A program made the position numbers and the translations under genes. Under the pieces are notes generated by a model. The model had not been told where the DNA came from and ran no database searches. It worked only from the letters and a program-made list of their open reading frames with translations. DNA of 41,394 nt from a virus. Where the stretch lies: positions 1 through 41,394 of the IMG/VR virus record IMGVR_UViG_3300045988_021887. The stretch is one strand, 5' to 3'. Every line of letters begins with the position of its first letter. The stretch's first letter is position 1. Shown here piece by piece: positions 23,422-31,500 of this stretch.

Positions 23422-25589
23422 TGCGGCTTGTAAATTACAATGGCGAACAAAAACTAAATACAATTAGCGGTGGTGTGCAAGCTACTGGTAATGAATTAGC
23501 GTTTGGCGGAAATCAACAAGGTGTAAAAGGTGTAATTAATGCCATTGATAACATTAACGCACAGATGCAAAAGCGACTTGATGAAGATTTGAACATCGCC
23601 TATATGAACGCTGAAACAGATTATAAAAATCGTATATCGCATGAATTAACCAATAAAGAAACTGGTATTTTGCACAAAGAGTTAAATGGTGCTGCTAATG
23701 TAACGCAACTATTTAACGAAAGTGAATACAATATCAGACAAGAAGTGTTAAGCAATCTACCTAATAACAAACGATTGCGTGAGCGATTTATTCAAATGGC
23801 GGATAAAGATTATCACGCAAATAATATGCGTGTCCAAGTGCATGAGCGTTCTGAACGTGAAAAGTACAAGGATGTAACCTTTAATAATAATGTGAAATCA
23901 TCTGAACAAATTGCAGTACTAGGCTACAACAACCCTAATATTGTATCTAATTCTCTTAGCACCATTAAGAATAGTATTGAAACCATGTATGGTGATAGAG
24001 GCGAAGAATTTGTAAAAGCTAAGTATCAAGAGGTGGCTGACAGAGTAGGCGCTGCAATCATTGATGAAACAGTAACACGGAATGATATTACTGCAGGTCC
24101 ACAAACAATAGCTGCACTAAGAGAAATGGGTGTAAGTGAGGGTGTGTTATCTAAAGCAGCAGTAGCAATCGATAAGGTGAATACACAACAAACTATTGAT
24201 AAACGTATTGTAGGTGATGTAGACACTTTTGGTGAGGGGAACGCGGAAAAAGCAGCAGATGCATATATTGCTACATTACCTAAAGCAGGGCAAGGCGGAA
24301 ATATGAACCTAGCTGCACTTGATAGCGCTGTTAATGAACAGTTAGGTAAGCCGTACTTGCTTGGTGGTGATGGTGGAGAAAGCACAGATTGCGGTAAATT
24401 TACGCTTGATGTGTCCGCAAAAGCTGGCGTTACGTTGAACTACCGCACCGCTGATGGTCAGTATTTACAAGCTGAACAAGAGGGTAATCTTGTTAAAGAT
24501 GTTTCACAAGCACAAAAGGGTGATTTAGTATTTTGGCACGTTCCAAGTAATGAGGCTAGATGGGCAACTAGTGATGATCCGAGTGCAGTTAATTCTGACG
24601 ATAAAGCCTATAAAGGTGTAACTCATGTAGGGGTTTATATGGGTGATGGTAAAGTTGCACAAGCTGGTAGCGGTGGTGTGTCTATTGTTAGTACTGATAT
24701 ATACCCTATCGTTGGTGTAGGTAAGTTTAGCGGTAGTGCTAAAGGTTATACAGATGGCGAACTCTTACAAAAACGAGAAGCATATGTAAAAGCGTACAAT
24801 GTAGAAGAAAGCAAGCGAAAGAAAGCAAGAGCAGAGGCACTAGCAAGACAAAAAGAGGCTATTCAACTACAATTAATTGAAATGGGTAAGAATGGTGCAT
24901 CTAGCGGTGAGATGGCTAATTTCTTAGATAATGCTATTGGTGATAATAAAGAACTAACATTAGCGTTTGGTTCACAAAGAAACCAATTCATGAGAGCAAA
25001 TGAAAGAGAGCAACAAGCTGCTAACCAATCATGGGGAATGAATGAAATTCGTTCTATGATTGGCAATAACAAATCACAAGAAGAAATCTTTAAGTTTATT
25101 GATGATAATCATATTAACTTATCATTGGAGCAATACAACTCATTGCGTAGAACAGTTAATGACCGTGATAACGGAACTGGTGATTATGCACCAGAGTTAG
25201 CTGGTGTGAATTATGTTCTTAATGATAGTTTAGAGAACATGAATGAGCAACAAAAAGGGTTGGCAAGGATAGGTTTTAAACAACAGATGGGTGCGTGGAA
25301 AGCTAAGTTTGTAGCAGCCGAGGGAAGAGAACCAACAACTGGTGAATTAGATTGGGCTGCACACGAAATAGCAGGGCAAACAGTAATTCAAACTACAAAC
25401 GTAGAACACTTTTGGCAAAATGGAGATAATTATAAAACTAATACATCAATGGCTATATTGGCTGGTGATGGTGTAGTTGATTGGAAAGTACTTGGCGATA
25501 CACACTATATAAGACTTTATAAGTCTAATGGTGATTTTGAAGATATAGATGAGGGTACATTCCATGCTAGGTATAATATTGAGGGATAG
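23421..25589 (+). CDS. Internal virion protein (gp15 position) with NlpC/P60 peptidoglycan endopeptidase domain
   Basis: ATG overlaps the previous TAA. See the domain feature at 24330..24720. Confidence 0.75.
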   Translation: MRLVNYNGEQKLNTISGGVQATGNELAFGGNQQGVKGVINAIDNINAQMQKRLDEDLNIAYMNAETDYKNRISHELTNKETGILHKELNGAANVTQLFNESEYNIRQEVLSNLPNNKRLRERFIQMADKDYHANNMRVQVHERSEREKYKDVTFNNNVKSSEQIAVLGYNNPNIVSNSLSTIKNSIETMYGDRGEEFVKAKYQEVADRVGAAIIDETVTRNDITAGPQTIAALREMGVSEGVLSKAAVAIDKVNTQQTIDKRIVGDVDTFGEGNAEKAADAYIATLPKAGQGGNMNLAALDSAVNEQLGKPYLLGGDGGESTDCGKFTLDVSAKAGVTLNYRTADGQYLQAEQEGNLVKDVSQAQKGDLVFWHVPSNEARWATSDDPSAVNSDDKAYKGVTHVGVYMGDGKVAQAGSGGVSIVSTDIYPIVGVGKFSGSAKGYTDGELLQKREAYVKAYNVEESKRKKARAEALARQKEAIQLQLIEMGKNGASSGEMANFLDNAIGDNKELTLAFGSQRNQFMRANEREQQAANQSWGMNEIRSMIGNNKSQEEIFKFIDDNHINLSLEQYNSLRRTVNDRDNGTGDYAPELAGVNYVLNDSLENMNEQQKGLARIGFKQQMGAWKAKFVAAEGREPTTGELDWAAHEIAGQTVIQTTNVEHFWQNGDNYKTNTSMAILAGDGVVDWKVLGDTHYIRLYKSNGDFEDIDEGTFHARYNIEG
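24330..24720 (+). other. NlpC/P60 cysteine peptidase domain
   Basis: LGKPYLLGGDGGESTDCGKF (Cys codon at 24390..24392), GDLVFWH and THVGVYMGDGKVAQAG. Confidence 0.75.
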
Positions 25590-25597
25590 GTGAGAAT

Positions 25598-28500
25598 ATG
25601 TCTAATAACCCATGGAAAATAGAACAACAAAAAATCAACCCATTTATTAACAAGGATGGTGATCATGGAGAGTTAGGCACACCTGTTAATGGAGTTGTAG
25701 GTAATGCGGTAGATGCAGTAAAGCAAGTAGGTAATGCGTTAGGCGGTTTAGCAGATGCACCTTATCTAGTCGATACAACTGGTAGTGGTAAGGATAGAAC
25801 CTTACAGACTGTATCTACCATTGGTGAGGCTTTAAAGGAAAACCCTATTGTAAATAACCCAGCCTTGCAAGCTGCATCAGCACGCTTTATCTACGCAAGT
25901 AGTGATGCGGTAAAAGCTAATGCAGCACTAGACTATGCTAATAAATTAAACATCGGTGCTGATGTTATATTGAATAGTGGCGAAACAGGTTTTACAAGAG
26001 CAGCATATCTTGCAAATCAAGTAGAACGTGGTAGAACTGTACAATCTCTATATGATGAGTACCCAGAACTTTACAAGGTTAAATATGGTTCACAGTCAGA
26101 GGCTATGTATAGTTTAGAGAATTTACAGTCTATCAAATCTACTCATGGTATATGGGATAGCATCCAACAGAATATATGGTCTATCAATGATCAAATGAAA
26201 TTAGGCGATGCTGGTTATGAATTATCCAATACTACAGACCCTAAGAAAATCGAAGAACTCACAAACGAAATTCAACGATTACAAACTAACCTTTCAAATT
26301 ATCGTCATGCAGATGGACTAGATATAGCACAAGCCGTAATTGGTGAAACCGCTGGACAAGGCTACATGATGGCTAAACAAGGTGGTGTAGGTGCGGTAGC
26401 TGGTGCAGTTGCTGGTGCATTAATCGGTGGTTTAGCTACAGAGGGCGTAGGTGCAGGTGCAGGTGCTGCTACTGGTGCTAAATGGGGTGGCGGTGCTGAT
26501 ATGGCACGCAATATGTACAAAATGTCATTTGGCAATAAGTACATCGAACTCATTCAAAAGAAAGATGCAAATGGTAATCGTGTTTACACAGACCAAGAGG
26601 CTAATCAATACGCTATGTCATTTGCTGCTATTGATGCAGGTATTGAGTTTGCAGCAACCGCAGCTATGGGTAAAGCCTTTAAAGCGGTAGCACCTAAAGG
26701 AATGATTGCAAAAGCTATTAGTGCTGGTGTAGGTGATACAGTTAAAACCTTTGATAGAGGTATCGGAACAACAGTTGCGCAGATGGCTAAAAATTCTATT
26801 AAATCTGGTGTACCTGAACTATTTGAAGAGGGCTTGCAAGATGTAAATGAAAAGGTACAACACAACCTAACACGCAAGGATAATGACTTAGAGGGTTATT
26901 ATAGCGTAGGTGATATTGCTATAGGTTCGCTTGATGCTATGAAACAAGCGTTGCCAGCTGTAATAGGGTTTGGTGCTATCGGTGGTGCAGTAGGTGGTGT
27001 GCGTACTGCAAAGGCTTTTCGTGATTTTCAGAAGTTGACACCAGAACAACAACAAGCAGCTATCATCGCAGAGCAAAACCGCAATGGCGCAGTCATTATG
27101 GATAATGTTCGTAAGGATAGCACTACCAATAAAATCGCAAAAGAAAACCCTGAACTATACGGAAAAATCGTACAAGCACAGGGCGATAAGGTTGGAGTAT
27201 CAACTCAATATGTAGATGTAGCGGAATTAGTACAATCTGAAAACGGACAACTGGCAATTCGTGATATGGTTGATAACGGCTTAGTAACACAAGAGGAAGT
27301 GAAAGCAGCTATTGAGGCTGATGCACCTGTTGAAATTCCTATTGGTAGTTATGCACAAGTATCTATGAACCTATCAGATGAAACAGTAGAGGCATTGAAA
27401 CAAACCTCTTACTTTACACGTGGCGGTATGTCATTAGCTACGCTAGAACGTGCAAAACAAGAAGTGGATGTAGCTAAATCTGTATTAAAAGACGATACAT
27501 CTAAACGTGCTGAACGTATCAAAGATGATATTATCCGTAATGAGTTTGAGGGTGCATCTGATGTAGATCGTGAAGTACTTAATCAAGTATTGGCAGACCC
27601 TACGAACATTAAACGTAACTTCAATAACTTATTGCATACCTTGAAAGAGCAATATAGAGAAACCTATGCAAGCGACTTTGACAATGCAGATAAATCTATC
27701 AATGATGCGGTAAGTACTGGTATTGAACCACAATGGTTAGTTGATTATAAAGCTAACAATGGCGGTAAAGCACCACGTACTAATGCAGAACGTAGACGAG
27801 CAGCATATGAGTATAGCAGAGCAACTACAACTGAAAGCCTTAATGGTAACGCTGATGCACTAGCACAATCTGATGCACATTATGCAGATATGGAACATAT
27901 GTTGATGCAAATCGAAAGTTTAGAGGCTATGAAAGATAAAGTCTTTGAATTGGCGAATAATGACATAGCATTACGGATGCAATTATCTAAAAGTGGATAT
28001 GATGTGTACAACGAAGTAGTTAAAGCTATTAGTGAAAGCACAAATAGAAAACAACGTGAAACTGCAAAAGCAAATGCATTATTGATGGCACAACACGCTG
28101 ATATAATGGCACAATATATGCGACAAATGGGTAAAGGCGGTTATACCGCTATGGACTATTTGCGTGATAGCGTGCGTATTAATATGAATGCAGTTTTAGA
28201 CAATCAAAAAGGTTATAATCAAAATACAAAAGCAGTATGGGAAAGCAAACTTGATAAAGTATTAAGTGATTGGGCTAACAATGTAGATAATGCTAATAAT
28301 ATAGGAAGTAAAAAAACAATAGATATAATGGATTCACCATTAGTCTTTAAGTTGATTAATCTTGACTTAAAAAAAATCAAAATTACAGGCGGTGTTTTGC
28401 ATAAAATATTGCGTTCACCTGTATTTGATTCTAACGGTAAAAGAATTTTATCTGGACATAATGATACAGTTTCCATTGATATGTTGAAACAGTTACCTAA

Positions 28501-31500
28501 TACCATTGCAAATCCATCTGCAATATTTAGTGCAGATAATGGCAAAAAAATTATCATTATAACTGAAGTAATTGGTTTAAACGGAAAGCCTATAATGATG
28601 CCAATATTATTGAACAAATACAATGATAGAGGTGATTATCATGTTGTACAATCTTATTATGCTAGAAATACCAATATAGCGTATTATGATTTGTTATTGG
28701 GTGGGGATTTAATATATATAAACAAAGAACGACTTAGTAATAATCCAAAAAACCAGCCACCATGGCTTGGGGGGATTAAACTAAGTCGTTCATTTATTAA
28801 TAGTATACCAAACGAAAATGATTTAGACAATCTCCGAAAACAACATAATTATCAATATTATCAATCCGCATGGCATGGTTCGCCACATGACTTTGACACA
28901 TTTGATTTAGGTGCTATTGGTACTGGTGAGGGCAATCAAGCACATGGTTGGGGTTTGTATTTTGCTAAAGATAAAAAAGTATCCAAACTATATAAAGAGG
29001 TATTGAGTAAAGAACAAGGCTCTAACAAAAGCAGTTTATTTAAAGTAGAAATACCAAATGAAACAGAGTTATTACCAGAGCAACACCCTATTTCTGGATA
29101 TAGTCGATATGTAAGAGATAGCTTGAAAAACGGATTACATAAAATGTCAGAAGAACAACTGGAACGTTTTACAAGTCTATTAATTAAATATCACAAAGGG
29201 TCTATTATTGGTGATGAATGGACAAATAAATACACACGCTTTATGGATGTAGGGTACATAATATCTGAACTACATAACAAAAATAAAACAATAAATGACA
29301 TCAATAAAATTCAAAAAAGAAATATTGATAGATTTTTAAAAACAGTAGGCATCGATGAAGATATTGACACCATATCTAGTAACGATGAACTATTAAAAAA
29401 TGTATATGAAAAGTTTAGAAATGAGTTATATCCAAAATATGAAAAAGAAAAACAAGTAGAACGAGAACGTGAAGAAAAAGCTATCTTGAATGTTAAGACT
29501 GATGTATATGGTGCATTAGAGAAAACAAATATTGATGGTAAACAGCTGTATTCATTCTTATCTCATGCACTTGGCAATGATGAACATTTTAATCTTCATA
29601 ATGTAAAAAATGCTAAAAAAGCTAGTGAATTTTTAAATAGCATCGGTATAAAAGGTATATACTACGATGGCGAACAAGATGGACGATGCTATGTAGTGTT
29701 CGATGATAAGGCAATCAACGTCATTGAAAAGTACAATCAATCTGTTAATGGTATGACCGAAATCATGAAAGATGGTAAACGCATCATCAGCATTTTCAAA
29801 ACTGCAGATAGAAGTACATTCTTACACGAAATGGGTCATGTATTCTTTGATGATATACAAAAATTAGCATCTATGGAAAACGCACCTGAGCAACTTGTAA
29901 CAGATTGGAACAAGTTGAAAGAGTGGAGCGGTTGGGTTGATGGTGAAAACGTAGACAATACCAAAGCACATGAGAAATTCGCACGAGGTTGGGAAAGCTA
30001 CTTGCGAAGTGGTGAAGCACCAACAAGTGCATTGCAAAGAGTATTCCGTCAATTCTCCAAATGGCTAACATACATTTATCGTAGCGTTCAACGATTAGGT
30101 GGTGAAGTACCATCTGACATTAAAGATGTTATGGCACGTATGATCGCAACCCAAGAGGATATTGAGGCATACGCAGAGCAACAACAACTAGAACAGTTTG
30201 AAAAAACTGAACTGTATAAGCAACTATCCGAGCAAGACCAAGCACGTATGCAGTCTTATATTGCAGATGTAAAAGAAAAAGCAAAAGAACGTGTGATGCG
30301 TAAACTCATGAAAGAACTTGATAATAGACCTATCAAGGAATGGGAAGAAGAAAAGGATGCAATACAAGGCGAAATCGAAAAACGATTGATTGAACAATAT
30401 CCTATCTATAAAGACCATCAACGATACAACACATTTGGTGAGACTGCTTTTGAAAAAACACAATACAATTCTATTGAAGAGTTAGAGAAAGCAGAAGTAG
30501 AACAAACTGGCGCTACATTTAACGATGCTATTAATCAAGAAATGGACAATGCAAAAGCAGAGTTTATGCGTGATAATAATGTAGGCAAAACCAACGAACA
30601 AATAGCAGAAGAAATCTTGCTTAGTACACAAGGTCAAATGAAATTAACCGAAGAAGAAAGTAAGATTATCCAACAATCTACTAATCGTGAGTTAGCGAAG
30701 AACTGGGAATTGCTAGAACGTATTCGTAAGTTAGATACTAACGCAGAAACTATCGATACAGAGTTAGACGAAATCGAAAAAGAGGTTAAGCCTACTAAGT
30801 ACGATGAGTTGAAATCTGATAAGAAAAAAGTAGATGCTGCTTTATCTGATACTACTAAGCAACTAGAAAAAGCAGAAGAGCGTATCGAACGCTTACAAGC
30901 TATGTTAAATAACCGCATCAACAATGTACGTTCTATTCGAGGTGCTGGACTTGGTACAATTTCAGACTACATGGAGCGTGCAAGAAAAGAGTTGGGTGCA
31001 TTACCTATTTCTAATGCGGTACAGTTTAAAACGTATCAAAACAAAGCTGTAACTGCTGGTAAAAAAGCAGATAGAGCATTGGCAGTAGGTGATGTTGATA
31101 AGGCACTTGGCTTTAAGCGTGAACAGATGCTACAACAAGCAAGGGCAAGAGTAGCGTTTGAGAATTTTGAAAAGTCCAAGAAATTGCGATTGAAATTAAA
31201 ACAACAATTACAACGCATGACTAGACCCAAGAACCCTATTGCTATTGAACCTAATATGCGTTATTTCTACAATCACATGGCATATCAAATGGGTTTAACT
31301 AAGTATGACGGCTTACAACCTGTTGATGGTTTTGATATGAATAGTGTGTTAGCTGCATTAGATCCTGATGTTGGTATTCTAAATCAACAATCTATGGTTC
31401 AATTAGAACCTTGGATAGTTGAGATGTTCTACTCTAAAACACCTAAACCATTCCGTTCCATCACGATGAATGAGTTAGAAACCTTAGAAGAACTCATGAC

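Noticed and set aside
26381-26500. GGTGCNG-rich nucleotide periodicity, considered as a tandem DNA repeat
   Set aside because: It is the codon-level consequence of a Gly/Ala-zipper peptide segment within the giant ORF. It is not an independent repeat element.
28219-28623. 134-aa antisense ORF within the AT-rich cassette of the giant gene
   Set aside because: Its hydrophobic, Ile/Leu/Phe-rich translation is typical of antisense reading of AAA/AAT-rich codons. There is no SD or promoter. It would conflict with an uninterrupted 8.1-kb sense ORF.
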